DNA of 32,000 nucleotides from Candidatus Methylomirabilis oxygeniifera (GCA_000091165.1 FP565575.1:1320001-1352000); one strand, 5' to 3'; counted from the first letter of the stretch, positions 1 through 9,639 are shown. The notes: generated by a model not told the origin, from the letters alone. A program made the numbers and translations.

Positions 1-65
1 TACTCCTCCGTCGCCCGTCGATCGAGCTCGCGCATCTGAGTCGCCGTCACCACGTTTACGGCCAT
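1..65 (-). CDS. NAD(P)H-hydrate repair enzyme (Nnr/YjeF family), first ~21 codons only; gene runs off the left edge
   Basis: Too short for the ORF track. ATG at 63-65 (minus) has GAGGAGG a few nt upstream. Translation MAVNVVTATQMRELDRRATEE resembles the usual YjeF_N start. acpS-nnr adjacency is common. Confidence 0.4.
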   Translation of the reverse strand, partial: MAVNVVTATQMRELDRRATEE

Positions 66-89
66 CGCCACCTCCTCGCCACGCGCATC

Positions 90-473
90 CTATCTGCCGT
101 CAGTGGCTACAACACAGGCCATCGCATAATCGCCATCATGCGTAAGCGTGACAAGCATCTGCGTGATCCCCAGGCAGGCCGCAACGTCCCGGGCACGACC
201 CGAAAGGACGACGCTCGACGGCTCACGCCCGCCCCCAACGATCTCCACATCCTGCCACACCACCCCCTGCCCCCATCCTGTACGAAGCGCCTTAAAGGCC
301 GCCTCCTTCGCCGCAAAACGGGCCGCGAGGTGACGCCCTGGCGATCGATAGTGTCTCAAGCGCGCCTGTTCCGCCCCGGTAAAAAGGCGATTCAGCAGGC
401 GAGCGCCGTGACGTGTGGCGGCCTGCTCAAATCGACTGATCTGAACCAGGTCAATTCCGATCCCGATCACCAT
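90..473 (-). CDS. acpS: holo-[acyl-carrier-protein] synthase (4'-phosphopantetheinyl transferase)
   Basis: ORF 90..497. The internal ATG at 471-473 gives MVIGIGIDLVQISRF..., the classic AcpS N-terminus. FAAKEAAFKAL motif present; ~127 aa is the typical size. Confidence 0.85.
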   Translation of the reverse strand: MVIGIGIDLVQISRFEQAATRHGARLLNRLFTGAEQARLRHYRSPGRHLAARFAAKEAAFKALRTGWGQGVVWQDVEIVGGGREPSSVVLSGRARDVAACLGITQMLVTLTHDGDYAMACVVATDGR

Positions 474-530
474 CTCGCACCCACGAAATCCCCCCAACCC
501 CCCTTTGGTAAAGGGGGACCAGGGAGGATT

Positions 531-1259
531 TTACCTCGCACGGTCCGCGCCCATGGCTGCCAGCATCTCGCGGATCGCTCGCTCCATGCCTACAAGAACA
601 GCCCTCGCGATAATACTGTGCCCAATGCTCAACTCCTCCACCTCCGGGATCGCTGCGATCGACCCGACATTGCGATAGTCCAGACCATGCCCGGCATTAA
701 TCCGAAGATCCAACTCCCTTCCCGCTGTCACCGACTGAATGAGACGGGTCAACTCCGACTCCTGGGCCTTACGACCCTTTGCCTCCGCATACGATCCGGT
801 GTGAAGCTCGACGAAGTCGGCACCGGCGCGTGCAGCAGCCGCTACCTGGTGGTGTTCCGGGTCGATAAAGAGACTGACCGCGATGCCGCCCTCACGCAAG
901 CGGCGTACGGCCCGGCCCACGTCATCGATGTGTCCGTGGACATCCAGCCCGCCTTCAGTGGTCAGCTCCTCACGTCGCTCCGGGACGAGCGTCGCCATCT
1001 CCGGCTTCAGTGCCAGGGCGATCTCGATCATCTCTTCCGTGACGGCCATCTCCAGGTTCAGCTTCGTCTTGACCAGCCGCCGGAGGAGTTCAACATCCCG
1101 ATCCTGGATATGTCGTCGGTCCTCACGCAGGTGCACAGTGATTCCGGATGCGCCGGCCGATTCGGCAAACAGCGCCGCCTGTACCGGATCAGGCTCCACA
1201 CCCCGTCTTGACTGCCTAATCGTCGCGATATGATCGACGTTCACACATAACCCAACCAT
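531..1259 (-). CDS. pdxJ: pyridoxine 5'-phosphate synthase
   Basis: ORF 531..1289. [21 protein letters not shown] and INAGHGLDY motifs are typical of PdxJ. The ATG at 1257-1259 ([10 protein letters not shown]) is preferred, because the 10 extra upstream codons read into a heptamer repeat array and a GAGGTG lies 6 nt upstream of this ATG. Confidence 0.9.
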   Translation of the reverse strand: MVGLCVNVDHIATIRQSRRGVEPDPVQAALFAESAGASGITVHLREDRRHIQDRDVELLRRLVKTKLNLEMAVTEEMIEIALALKPEMATLVPERREELTTEGGLDVHGHIDDVGRAVRRLREGGIAVSLFIDPEHHQVAAAARAGADFVELHTGSYAEAKGRKAQESELTRLIQSVTAGRELDLRINAGHGLDYRNVGSIAAIPEVEELSIGHSIIARAVLVGMERAIREMLAAMGADRAR

Positions 1260-1260
1260 C

Positions 1261-1323
1261 GCTCGCACCTCATACTTCGTACCCCACACCTCAAAACCGG
1301 GTCCAGGGTCTAGGGTTTAGGGT
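1261..1323. repeat. nine phased heptamers: 5 x cNtcNNa (1261-1295), then 4 x NNNgggt (1296-1323)
   Basis: Read directly: gctcgca|cctcata|cttcgta|ccccaca|cctcaaa|accgggt|ccagggt|ctagggt|ttagggt. Lies immediately upstream of the pdxJ start. Confidence 0.7.
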
Positions 1324-1460
1324 AGGAAAGCAACAGGGTGTGGGCGGAGGCGTGCGACGCGTCGTCGTCGGCAGGCGCAGCATGGACAGCGTAGCCTGCC
1401 GGCGCCGATTCGAGCCGGACATGGACGTCCGGCGAGATTAAGCGGAGCACGTCGCCGTCC

Positions 1461-1502
1461 ATACCATAACACCACACACCTCATACTCCACACCTCGCAC
1501 CT
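1461..1502. repeat. six phased heptamers, unit cNcacct (minus strand aggtgNg)
   Basis: ataccat|aacacca|cacacct|catactc|cacacct|cgcacct, ending 3 nt before the glmM stop codon (1506-1508). Confidence 0.65.
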
Positions 1503-1505
1503 CTT

Positions 1506-2855
1506 TTAGCCAAGCTCTTTCTCGATCGCCAGTGCGATCTCTCGGGCCAGTCGCTCGATTTTCGCCGACTCCTCACCCTCTACCATGATGCGGGCCACCG
1601 GCTCCGTACCGGACAGGCGCACCAGGATCCGTCCTCTGCCTCCCATACTCGTCTCCGCCGATCGAATCGCCTCCTGCACCCGTGGAAGCTCCTCAACGAC
1701 AGCTCTACGTCGGACCGGGGCGTTGATCAATACTTGAGGGTACGAGGTCATACATGCCTTGAGCTCCGAAAGCGGCTTCCCGCACCGCTGCATGGTTGCC
1801 AGCACCTGCAAGGCGGTCACGAGCCCGTCGCCGGTGGTATGATGTTCCAGGAAGATGATATGCCCGGACTGCTCACCCCCCAGCATGTATCGCTCGGCTA
1901 ACATCTTCTCCAACACGTACCGATCGCCTACCGCGGTTCGAACGATCTTGATTCCCGCCTCCTGCATCGCGAGATCCAAACCGATATTGCTCATCACAGT
2001 TGCAACAATCGTATTCTCGCGCAGACGGCCTTCTCGCTTCAGGTCGAGGGCGCAAAGGGCGAGGATATGATCGCCATCCATCAGCTCACCCCGTTCGTCG
2101 ACAAACACAACCCGGTCCGCGTCCCCGTCATGGGCAAATCCGACATGCGCCTTATGTTTCACCACCGCCCGTCGCACCTCTTCCGGATGCAACGAGCCGC
2201 ACCCTTTATTGATATTCGTGCCGTCGGGCTCGACGTTCAGCGACACTACCTCGGCGTTCAACTCCTTGAGGACTGCCGGCGACACCTTGTAGGCTGCGCC
2301 GTTCGCACAATCGACCACCACCCGCATCCCTTTCAGCGTCATGCCCTTGGGTAGGGTATTTTTCGCGAATTCGATGTAGCGGCCAACCGCATCACCCACA
2401 CGGTAGGCTTTGCCGATCTCGCTGGGGGCGGTCCTGATCCCGTCGATCTCTCCGTTGCGGATCAACTCCTCGATCCGCTGCTCCATCGCATCCGGAAGCT
2501 TCAGGCCCTCGTGAGAGAAAAACTTAATACCGTTATCCTCGTACGGGTTATGGGAGGCCGAGATGACTACCCCCGCATCAGCTCGAAGGCTTCGGGTGAT
2601 AAACGCGATCCCCGGCGTAGGGAGCGGACCAACCAATAACACATCCACACCCATCGAGGTAATGCCTGCCGTCAGCGCCGTTTCCAGCATGTAGCCCGTC
2701 AGACGCGTATCCTTCCCGATGACGATCGTAGGCCGTTCAGTCGCTCCCCTTAGAAGGTGCGCAGCCGCACGACCCACTTTCACCATAGTCTCCGGGGTCA
2801 TCGGCTCCCTGTTCGCCACGCCGCGAATCCCGTCGGTACCGAACAGTTGTCGCAC
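1506..2855 (-). CDS. glmM: phosphoglucosamine mutase
   Basis: ORF 1506..2885. LFGTDGIRG and the active-site loop SASHNP are present. The GTG at 2853-2855 ([12 protein letters not shown]) is preceded by AAGGAG 6 nt upstream, so it is preferred over the ATG at 2885. Confidence 0.9.
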   Translation of the reverse strand: MRQLFGTDGIRGVANREPMTPETMVKVGRAAAHLLRGATERPTIVIGKDTRLTGYMLETALTAGITSMGVDVLLVGPLPTPGIAFITRSLRADAGVVISASHNPYEDNGIKFFSHEGLKLPDAMEQRIEELIRNGEIDGIRTAPSEIGKAYRVGDAVGRYIEFAKNTLPKGMTLKGMRVVVDCANGAAYKVSPAVLKELNAEVVSLNVEPDGTNINKGCGSLHPEEVRRAVVKHKAHVGFAHDGDADRVVFVDERGELMDGDHILALCALDLKREGRLRENTIVATVMSNIGLDLAMQEAGIKIVRTAVGDRYVLEKMLAERYMLGGEQSGHIIFLEHHTTGDGLVTALQVLATMQRCGKPLSELKACMTSYPQVLINAPVRRRAVVEELPRVQEAIRSAETSMGGRGRILVRLSGTEPVARIMVEGEESAKIERLAREIALAIEKELG

Positions 2856-2899
2856 AATTCGCTCCTTTCTCCTCGATGCGCCCATTCCCTACAGTCGTC

Positions 2900-3574
2900 T
2901 TACGAAGACGAGGGCTTAGGATTCGTCCTGATCTCAACCGAGACCTGGACGAGGGCCGGTCCTTCCACTTTGATCAACTTTCCCACAGGTTCAAGAGAGG
3001 TCATGGCGCCGAAGTCATGAGACCGCCCTTCAATGCTGATCGTCGAGGTGTAGACCTTCTCCAGACGATTCACCTCGCTCCTCGGTCCGACCAATCGAAC
3101 ACGATCAGGGTGCGCCGAGGCCCGCTTGAGATAGTACCCGGCGGCCGGATTCCCTTCCACGCGAGCTGCAACCCGTACGGTCCGCTCTGTCACGGATTCC
3201 AGGACCAGACGAACCCACTTCGGAGACACCTGGACGACTTCGACGCCGCGAGGGACGTCAACCTGCTCAGACTTTACGGCCACGAGATTCTCTCCTTCTT
3301 TCAGAGCCGAGAGATCGAGATTGACGTCTACCTCGTTGGGTGACAGGCCGGAGATCAGACTTTTCGGACCACGCAACTGGACCGTTACAAAGTCTCCAGG
3401 AACATTGAGGAGGGTCGTGTTTTTCGGAAGCCGTGCGAGTGTAAGCGGGACATTTAAGGTTCGCTCGTCCCGCTGCTCTCCGGCCACTACCATCCAGAGA
3501 GCAAACGCGAGACCTAAAGAGGCGAGCTTAAGGCCGAGATTGTCGAAGAGTCCTATAGACATAATCCTCATCAA
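2900..3574 (-). CDS. cdaR: YbbR-domain protein, probable diadenylate cyclase regulator CdaR
   Basis: N-terminal TM segment followed by repeated beta-rich segments. It sits between cdaA and glmM, the conserved cdaA-cdaR-glmM arrangement. Confidence 0.65.
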   Translation of the reverse strand: MMRIMSIGLFDNLGLKLASLGLAFALWMVVAGEQRDERTLNVPLTLARLPKNTTLLNVPGDFVTVQLRGPKSLISGLSPNEVDVNLDLSALKEGENLVAVKSEQVDVPRGVEVVQVSPKWVRLVLESVTERTVRVAARVEGNPAAGYYLKRASAHPDRVRLVGPRSEVNRLEKVYTSTISIEGRSHDFGAMTSLEPVGKLIKVEGPALVQVSVEIRTNPKPSSS

Positions 3575-3637
3575 GGGCCTGTAGAGGAGAGTCGCCCTGC
3601 CCGAAAAAGTACTGCACGCAGCGCTCCTGCGACGCGC

Positions 3638-4456
3638 CTAACCGCCGATCACTGATGGAGCTGGGACTTCTTTGGACTTCGCGCCGGACCCGCCGCTGCG
3701 AGGCGGTCCCAACAGCTCTACGAGTTGACGTCGCAACCTTTGGGCATCAAGGCCCTTATTGATGGCGCCTGCCTGAACCAGAGACACGCTGCCCATCTCC
3801 TCTGAGACCACGATGACGATCGCGTCAGTTTCTTCCGTCAGTCCTATGGCGGCGCGATGACGCGTGCCCAGTTCCTCGCTGACGTCGCTCGTCAGCGTTA
3901 ACGGCAGCAAGCACGAGGCGGCGGCTACACGCCCGCCTTGGATCACAACCGCCCCATCATGGAGCGGTGAACCGGGATAAAAGATCGATTCCAATAATCG
4001 CCTCGATACCCGTGCATCGAGCGACACACCGGAATCGACGTAGTCGGAGAGCTTGGTCTCTCGCTCCATGGCAATAATCGCACCGATCTTTTTCGTGGCC
4101 AGGGAGGCTACAGATCGGACAATCTCGTCAATCATATACGCCTCTTCGCGTTTGGCAAAGGCGTGAAGCAGACGGGATCGAAGACCGAACGTCGCCAGGG
4201 CCCGACGAAGTTCCGGCTGAAAAAGAATGATGATCATCAGGAACCAGACACCTAGCGAGTTCTGCAACACCCAGTTCACGGTCAGCAAACCACCCTTGAG
4301 GGCGATTCGCGATGCCAGATAGACAAGGCCGAGACCCAGAATCATTTGCAGCGCCCGCGTCCCTTTGAACATCAGGAGAAGCTGATAGGCCACGAACGCC
4401 ATGATTAACACGTCTACGGCGTCAATCCATCCGAACTGGAGAATGGTGGACCACAT
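3638..4456 (-). CDS. cdaA: diadenylate cyclase (c-di-AMP synthase), membrane-anchored CdaA/DacA type
   Basis: Three N-terminal TM helices, then a DisA_N/DAC domain with PLHDGAVVI, ..RHRAA.G.. and TDAIVIVVSEE motifs. Confidence 0.85.
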   Translation of the reverse strand: MWSTILQFGWIDAVDVLIMAFVAYQLLLMFKGTRALQMILGLGLVYLASRIALKGGLLTVNWVLQNSLGVWFLMIIILFQPELRRALATFGLRSRLLHAFAKREEAYMIDEIVRSVASLATKKIGAIIAMERETKLSDYVDSGVSLDARVSRRLLESIFYPGSPLHDGAVVIQGGRVAAASCLLPLTLTSDVSEELGTRHRAAIGLTEETDAIVIVVSEEMGSVSLVQAGAINKGLDAQRLRRQLVELLGPPRSGGSGAKSKEVPAPSVIGG

Positions 4457-4461
4457 GGTCG

Positions 4462-5313
4462 TCAGGCCCCCCTGATGGCGTCCAGCATTCGAACGAGCTG
4501 CGCGCAGGGCCGAACCTCGTGGACCCGGACAAAGGCTGCGCCGTGCAGCACCGCTGCCGCAATACAGGCCGCCGTGCCATGTTGACGTTGCTCAACCGGC
4601 AGTTTCAGCACCTCCCCAACCAGCGACTTGCGCGATGGACCGACCATAATCGGCTTACCGAGACAATGCAACGCCGCCAGATGCCGAAGCAGCGCAAGAT
4701 TGTCCTGCGACCGCTTCCCGAAGCCCAGCCCCGGATCGACAATGATGGACTGCGGATCCACACCCCTCTGTTCGGCAAACGCGACGCGATCTGTCAGGAA
4801 GGCTGACACCTCGCCTACAACGTCGTTGTAGCGCGGCTCAATTTGCATATCTTGAGGGATCCCTTTCATATGCATGATGACGAGACCGGCGCGCTTCTCG
4901 GCGACCACCGACGCTAAGCGTCCCTCACCTCGAACGCCATAGACGTCGTTAATGATATCCGCCCCTTCCTCCAGCGCTACCCTCGCCACCTCCGGTTTGT
5001 AGGTATCCACTGCCACCGGAATCGCAAGCCTGGGTCGCAGCTCGCGCAGCACCGGAAGGATCCGACGCAGCTCCTCGTCTACAGGGACGACGTCGGCGCC
5101 TGGACGGGTTGACTCACCACCCAGTTCCACGATATCAGCTCCCTCCTCCACCATCCGCATGGCCTGATCGGTGGCTGCCCTAGGATCCAGGAAGCGACCG
5201 CCATCGGAAAAAGAATCCGGGGTGATGTTCAACACCCCGACGATCCAGGTCTTTTGCCGGATATCCAGCAGATGGTCCCTGCAGCGGAAGCGTAATTGCG
5301 TCTGTTGAGTCAT
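4462..5313 (-). CDS. folP: dihydropteroate synthase
   Basis: GVLNITPDSFSDGG, DIGGESTRPG-like (ELGGESTRPG) and DPGLGFGK motifs. Confidence 0.9.
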   Translation of the reverse strand: MTQQTQLRFRCRDHLLDIRQKTWIVGVLNITPDSFSDGGRFLDPRAATDQAMRMVEEGADIVELGGESTRPGADVVPVDEELRRILPVLRELRPRLAIPVAVDTYKPEVARVALEEGADIINDVYGVRGEGRLASVVAEKRAGLVIMHMKGIPQDMQIEPRYNDVVGEVSAFLTDRVAFAEQRGVDPQSIIVDPGLGFGKRSQDNLALLRHLAALHCLGKPIMVGPSRKSLVGEVLKLPVEQRQHGTAACIAAAVLHGAAFVRVHEVRPCAQLVRMLDAIRGA

Positions 5314-5314
5314 C

Positions 5315-5359
5315 GCGTCTGTCGCGTTTATTGCGTCCGTTGAATCTGTAGTTCAAACC
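5315..5359. repeat. about five phased nonamers (gcgtNNNtN); a partial copy of the terminal module of the mosaic repeat at 7306-7342
   Basis: gcgtctgtc|gcgtttatt|gcgtccgtt|gaatctgta|gttcaaacc directly abuts the folP ATG. It shares gcgtttattgcgt..ttgaatc with 7321-7341. Confidence 0.55.
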
Positions 5360-5439
5360 AAAAGCCGACACAGAAGGCGAGCAAGAACCGTGGGCGAGGG
5401 GCTACAGGCAAGTATCTCTCAGACGCTCTCCCCTACGTC

Positions 5440-7272
5440 TTAGACGCGGGCCTGAGCCGGGGCGGCAGCCCCGTTCACGATGGCATCAATCTGAAAACCG
5501 TCAAGCGCCTCGGTCTCCAGCAGGGCCTTGGCTAAGGCGTGCAGGATACCAATTCGATCAATGATCAACGTCTTGGCTTTTTCGTAGTTGGTCATGACGA
5601 TCTGCTTCACTTCTTGATCGATCTCTACCGCCGTATGTTCGCTGTAATCCTGATGCTGGGCGATCTCCCGACCTAAAAAGATCATCTCTTCGCGCTTGCC
5701 GAATGTAAGCGGACCAAGCTTCTCGCTCATGCCCCACTCGCACACCATCTTCCTGGCCAGATCGGTTGCCCGTTCGATGTCGTTCCCTGCGCCGGTCGTC
5801 ATCTGACCGATCACCAACTCCTCCGCAACGCGTCCGCCCATCATAATGGCAATCTCGTTGAGGAGGTACTCTTTCGCGTAGTTGTGCTTCTCGTCGATTG
5901 GCAACTGTTGGGTCATGCCGAGCGCCCTGCCGCGCGGAATAATCGTCACCTTGTGAATCGGGTCGGTTCCGGGGAGAACCTTTGCCACCAATGTATGTCC
6001 GGCCTCATGATAGGCGGTCACCTTTCGCTCTTCCTCGCTGATAACGATACTCTTCCGTTCGACGCCCATCAGGACTTTATCTTTGGAGTTCTCGAAATCA
6101 ACCATGCAGACTGTTTTCTTGTTTTGTCTGGCGGCCAACAGCGCAGCCTCGTTGACAAGGTTGGCCAAATCAGCTCCGGAAAAGCCTGGGGTCCCGCGCG
6201 CCAAAAGCGTCAGGTCCACATCGGCATCTACGGGAATCTTTTTCGTGTGGACGCGCAGGATGCCTTCGCGGCCCTTGAGATCAGGTCTCGCCACCACGAC
6301 CTGGCGATCAAATCGTCCAGGTCGAAGCAGCGCCGGGTCCAGGACGTCAGGGCGATTGGTCGCTGCGACCAGGATGACTCCGTCGTTCGATTCGAAGCCG
6401 TCCATTTCGACCAGAAGCTGATTCAAGGTCTGCTCCCGCTCGTCATGACCGCCGCCGAGACCCGCGCCCCGATGCCTGCCTACGGCATCGATCTCATCCA
6501 TGAAGATGATGCACGGCGCATGCTTCTTGCCCTGTTCGAACAGATCCCGCACGCGCGAGGCGCCGACGCCGACAAACATCTCCACAAAGTCCGAACCCGA
6601 GATACTAAAAAATGGGGCATTCGCTTCTCCGGCGATGGCGCGCGCCAGCAGTGTCTTTCCCGTACCCGGAGGGCCCATGAGTAAGACACCTTTGGGAATC
6701 CGCCCGCCAAGTTTCTGAAACTTCGGCGGATCCTTCAGGAACTCAATGATCTCTCGCAACTCCTCTTTGGCCTCATCCGCGCCGGCGACATCGGCAAAGG
6801 TCACCTTATTTTGCTTGTCAGACAGCAGGCGCGCGCGACTCTTGCCGAACGAGAGGGCCTTCATGCCTCCACCCTGCATCTGCCGCATGAAGAAGATCCA
6901 GACTCCGATAAACAACAGCATCGGAAGCCATGACAGCAGCATACTGACGTACCAGGGACTCTCATCAACAGGTTTCGCGATGATCCGAACCCCTTTCTGC
7001 CGCAGTTCCGAAATCATATCCTTGTCATCAGCGGCATACGTTCGAAAGACTTCACCGCCGGTGAGCTTACCCTTGATATCCGCGCCCTTCACGACGACTT
7101 CCGCAACCTCGCCCTTTGTGACTTTGGCCATGAAGTCGCTGAAGATCATCTCCTTTTCGTGTGGTTGGTTCTGGCTGAAAATGTTGAAAACCAGCACCAT
7201 GATTAACCCGATAACAAGCCACAGCGCCAGATTCTTAAAAAATGGGCTCAACCTTTTCCCTCCTCCAACCAA
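5440..7272 (-). CDS. ftsH: ATP-dependent zinc metalloprotease FtsH
   Basis: Walker A GPPGTGKT, second region of homology, zinc site HEAGH, and two N-terminal TM helices. The ORF opens with TTG at 7272. An alternative TTG at 7249-7251 is preceded by GGAGGAGGG and is a plausible true start. Confidence 0.95.
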   Translation of the reverse strand: MVGGGKRLSPFFKNLALWLVIGLIMVLVFNIFSQNQPHEKEMIFSDFMAKVTKGEVAEVVVKGADIKGKLTGGEVFRTYAADDKDMISELRQKGVRIIAKPVDESPWYVSMLLSWLPMLLFIGVWIFFMRQMQGGGMKALSFGKSRARLLSDKQNKVTFADVAGADEAKEELREIIEFLKDPPKFQKLGGRIPKGVLLMGPPGTGKTLLARAIAGEANAPFFSISGSDFVEMFVGVGASRVRDLFEQGKKHAPCIIFMDEIDAVGRHRGAGLGGGHDEREQTLNQLLVEMDGFESNDGVILVAATNRPDVLDPALLRPGRFDRQVVVARPDLKGREGILRVHTKKIPVDADVDLTLLARGTPGFSGADLANLVNEAALLAARQNKKTVCMVDFENSKDKVLMGVERKSIVISEEERKVTAYHEAGHTLVAKVLPGTDPIHKVTIIPRGRALGMTQQLPIDEKHNYAKEYLLNEIAIMMGGRVAEELVIGQMTTGAGNDIERATDLARKMVCEWGMSEKLGPLTFGKREEMIFLGREIAQHQDYSEHTAVEIDQEVKQIVMTNYEKAKTLIIDRIGILHALAKALLETEALDGFQIDAIVNGAAAPAQARV

Positions 7273-7325
7273 TCTCTTTCCCTTACCCGGTCAGTCAACA
7301 TATCTGTGTCTGTTGCGTCGGTGCG

Positions 7326-7531
7326 TTTATTGCGTTGAATCCACTGGGGGTTCATTCCCCACGGCTTGCCGCGTGTTCGTCATTCCGGCGGCAGCCGGTA
7401 TCCGGGGGGCCCGACCGGATTCCCCCCGTATCAAGTACGAGGCAGACTCGTCCACCACCTGCCTATGCTTATCCGTACGCAGGCAGGCGGTATGACGAGC
7501 CAGAACAGAAGACGATACCCCGCAGTTTGTT
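7326..7531. repeat. mosaic interspersed repeat (chain of short hairpin modules), copy 1, in the ftsH 5' leader
   Basis: Aligns by eye, in inverted orientation, with 20007-20155. The shared core is ggggttcattcccc[a/g]cggcttgccgcgt.ttcgtca..ccggcgg.agccgg..tcc.gggggccc..ccggattcc ... gaagacgataccccgcag.ttg. Copy 1 has an extra ~55 bp internal hairpin module. Confidence 0.8.
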
Positions 7532-7647
7532 AGGGGGTCTTATAACGCATCGGCGGGCCAAATGGCCATGATTATTATTTGCATTTTAAATAAGTTATAA
7601 CAAATACCTCGGCCTTTTTCAACGCAAAACCGGTACCAGGCTACCGA

Positions 7648-9093
7648 TCAGTCTTCTTGGATGGATGCACGTACTCGAAGAATGCGCTGTGTCGAATCGG
7701 TCACCTTGAACCGTTCGTCCACTCGAAATCCTACAACCCATATGATCTGACCGCCTGACATCACCAGCGGGACGCTCCCGCGTTGATCGCATGGCACCTT
7801 GGCATCCGTAAAGAAATCCTGGAGCTTTTTCCGACCGGCCATCCCGAGGGGAACAAACCGGTCGCCCTCCTTCCATCCCCTCACGTACAACTCCATTCCG
7901 GTACGGTCAGCATCTAGGAGAGCGGTCCAGCCATCTACAACGAGATCACCCATCGCCCACTCCTTCAGTAGCTCGCTTCGAAGGCTGAGCGACGATGCCG
8001 GAATGGCTGTGAGACCCGGAACAGTGAGGGGCACCGATGAAATGTCAGCTCTCTCGTTATCCTGTCTCACCGAAAGGACGAGACTATTGCCCACTCGTCT
8101 TGCACGTAACCCACCCGGCGCATGAATGGCGCCCTTCGCGCCTTTTGTCATCAACAGTCGATCAATGGCTAACGTGTGCTGGAAGGTCAACCCCGGGTGG
8201 CCCGCTCGCAGCTCTTCGGCAGATCGCCGGATGATGCGCCATCGCAGGGCGCTCAGAAGCGTCGTCATAGGGGGGATCGACAGCACGAACTCCTCACGCG
8301 ATCGCGAGACCAGGATCGCGCGGAGCTCTCTGTCAGCCATATCGTTCAGCAATGTATCCTCAGCTTCAAGGATCGTGGCTGCATTCGCCAAGCTATGGAT
8401 GACGCGCGGGTTATACCGCTTCGCCAGTTCCGGAAGGAGTTCCAACCGAATCCGGTTCCGACTGTAGGCGAGAACGTGGTTAGAGGAGTCTTCGACATAC
8501 GGGATCCTCTCCTTCCGTACGTACCGTTCGATCTCCTCCCGTGAGCAGTCGATTAACGGGCGAATGATCCGCCCTCTCACTGGCGGAATCCCCCCGATCC
8601 CCCTGACCCCGGACCCCCGGAGCAGGTTCATCAGGACCGTCTCCGCCTGATCGTCACGATGATGACCTACGGCGATTCTGCCGGCTCCCTGTTCGTCCGC
8701 CACCCGCTCGAGGAATCGGTAACGGAGATCCCGGGCAGCGGCCTGAAGCGAGCCCGCCCTACGATCCCGCAACGCCCTCCCATCGGCCCTCGTAATGGTC
8801 ACAGGAATCTGACGAGCTTCGCACTGACGTTGCACAAATCGGGCCGTCTCGGCCGACTCGGCCCCTCGGAGGTCGTGGTTTAAGTGAGCGACGTGGAGTG
8901 GGCCGTGATAGCGGGTTCGAAGGTGGAGCAGAAGGTGGAGCATTGCCATCGAATCAACGCCACCAGAAACGGCCAGCACGACCGCCTCTCCTGCTGCCAG
9001 CATCCGATGTCGGTCGATCGTCCCTTGAACCTTATGAAGCAGCGTATCGCTCATCAAGTGAAACCCGTATACTGGCTGCTGACGGCCATCCAC
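7648..9093 (-). CDS. tilS: tRNA(Ile)-lysidine synthase
   Basis: PP-loop motif LAVSGGVDSMAM, followed by HLNHDLRG. The tilS-ftsH order is conserved. The start could instead be the internal Met at 9054. Confidence 0.85.
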   Translation of the reverse strand: MDGRQQPVYGFHLMSDTLLHKVQGTIDRHRMLAAGEAVVLAVSGGVDSMAMLHLLLHLRTRYHGPLHVAHLNHDLRGAESAETARFVQRQCEARQIPVTITRADGRALRDRRAGSLQAAARDLRYRFLERVADEQGAGRIAVGHHRDDQAETVLMNLLRGSGVRGIGGIPPVRGRIIRPLIDCSREEIERYVRKERIPYVEDSSNHVLAYSRNRIRLELLPELAKRYNPRVIHSLANAATILEAEDTLLNDMADRELRAILVSRSREEFVLSIPPMTTLLSALRWRIIRRSAEELRAGHPGLTFQHTLAIDRLLMTKGAKGAIHAPGGLRARRVGNSLVLSVRQDNERADISSVPLTVPGLTAIPASSLSLRSELLKEWAMGDLVVDGWTALLDADRTGMELYVRGWKEGDRFVPLGMAGRKKLQDFFTDAKVPCDQRGSVPLVMSGGQIIWVVGFRVDERFKVTDSTQRILRVRASIQED

Positions 9094-9476
9094 CGCTGAT
9101 GGCTTGTGTATCTACTCTAGTCAGCCCCCCTCCTGCTGTCAATACAAATTGCACGCTCATCGGCGTCCGCCGCGCTTGGCCATTTCACTATCCGGAAGAG
9201 ATCTGATCACCTCCATCAAGGTCATCTTGCACCTATCGGCGGCCGACGTGGTCGACAGGTCGTGATAGCTGAGCTGGACATATTCCCGGAGTTCGATACT
9301 GGAGCGTAGTCCTGCCGATCACAATCACGGGTGGCACAACTACGTCACTGTGGATCATCGCACCGGGTTCAATGACCCACACAAACATATTATAAAGCAG
9401 GATCAGCAAATAGAGTTATTGTGTCGGATTCATACACACATACTCGCTTTACATAATGTAGGTGTGAATAATCTGC

Positions 9477-9505
9477 TTGACATTCGTTTTACAGAGACTT
9501 ATATA
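9477..9505 (+). promoter_or_regulatory. near-consensus sigma70 promoter: TTGACA-N17-TATATA
   Basis: ttgaca at 9477-9482, a 17-nt spacer, tatata at 9500-9505. It lies inside an AT-rich patch ~135 nt upstream of the ATG at 9640. Confidence 0.5.
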
Positions 9506-9639
9506 GCGTTTGCTATAAAAGATAACAAAGATGGATGGTGCCTCCTACCGTCCCTGTTGTACGCTACGTAGACGCTTGACGCGAACGAACATCAGTGTAT
9601 TTCATACCGGCTGACTCATACGGAGAAGGAGGGCGGACA

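Noticed and set aside
138-1211. 357-aa plus-strand ORF, and similar long antisense ORFs (e.g. 5884-6684, 6746-7495, 12854-13333, 14662-15222, 16165-16668, 26538-27251)
   Set aside because: Each lies entirely antisense to a gene with strong family motifs. The translations are Arg/Ser/Pro-rich, low-complexity, and have no recognisable motifs. These are typical shadow ORFs of GC-rich DNA.
1310-1323. Telomere-like TTTAGGG repeats (ctagggtttagggt; also on the minus strand at about 22983-22996)
   Set aside because: Only two units occur at each site, embedded in degenerate heptamer arrays inside operons. This is a coincidental resemblance to the plant telomere unit, not evidence of linear replicon ends.
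9280-9310. tRNA-like T-arm (ggagttcgatactgg)
   Set aside because: The flanking bases do not form the T-stem, and no acceptor or anticodon arms can be drawn. I found no tRNA anywhere in the window.
9100-9350. Possible decayed toxin-antitoxin or other pseudogene in the GC-normal part of the tilS upstream gap
   Set aside because: There are only short stop-interrupted fragments in all frames, and none carries a motif I can name. It is left as an open question in the findings.
9350-9571. 73-aa plus-strand ORF inside the AT-rich patch
   Set aside because: It has a non-ATG start, no RBS, composition unlike the other genes, and it overlaps the predicted promoter. It is more likely non-coding.
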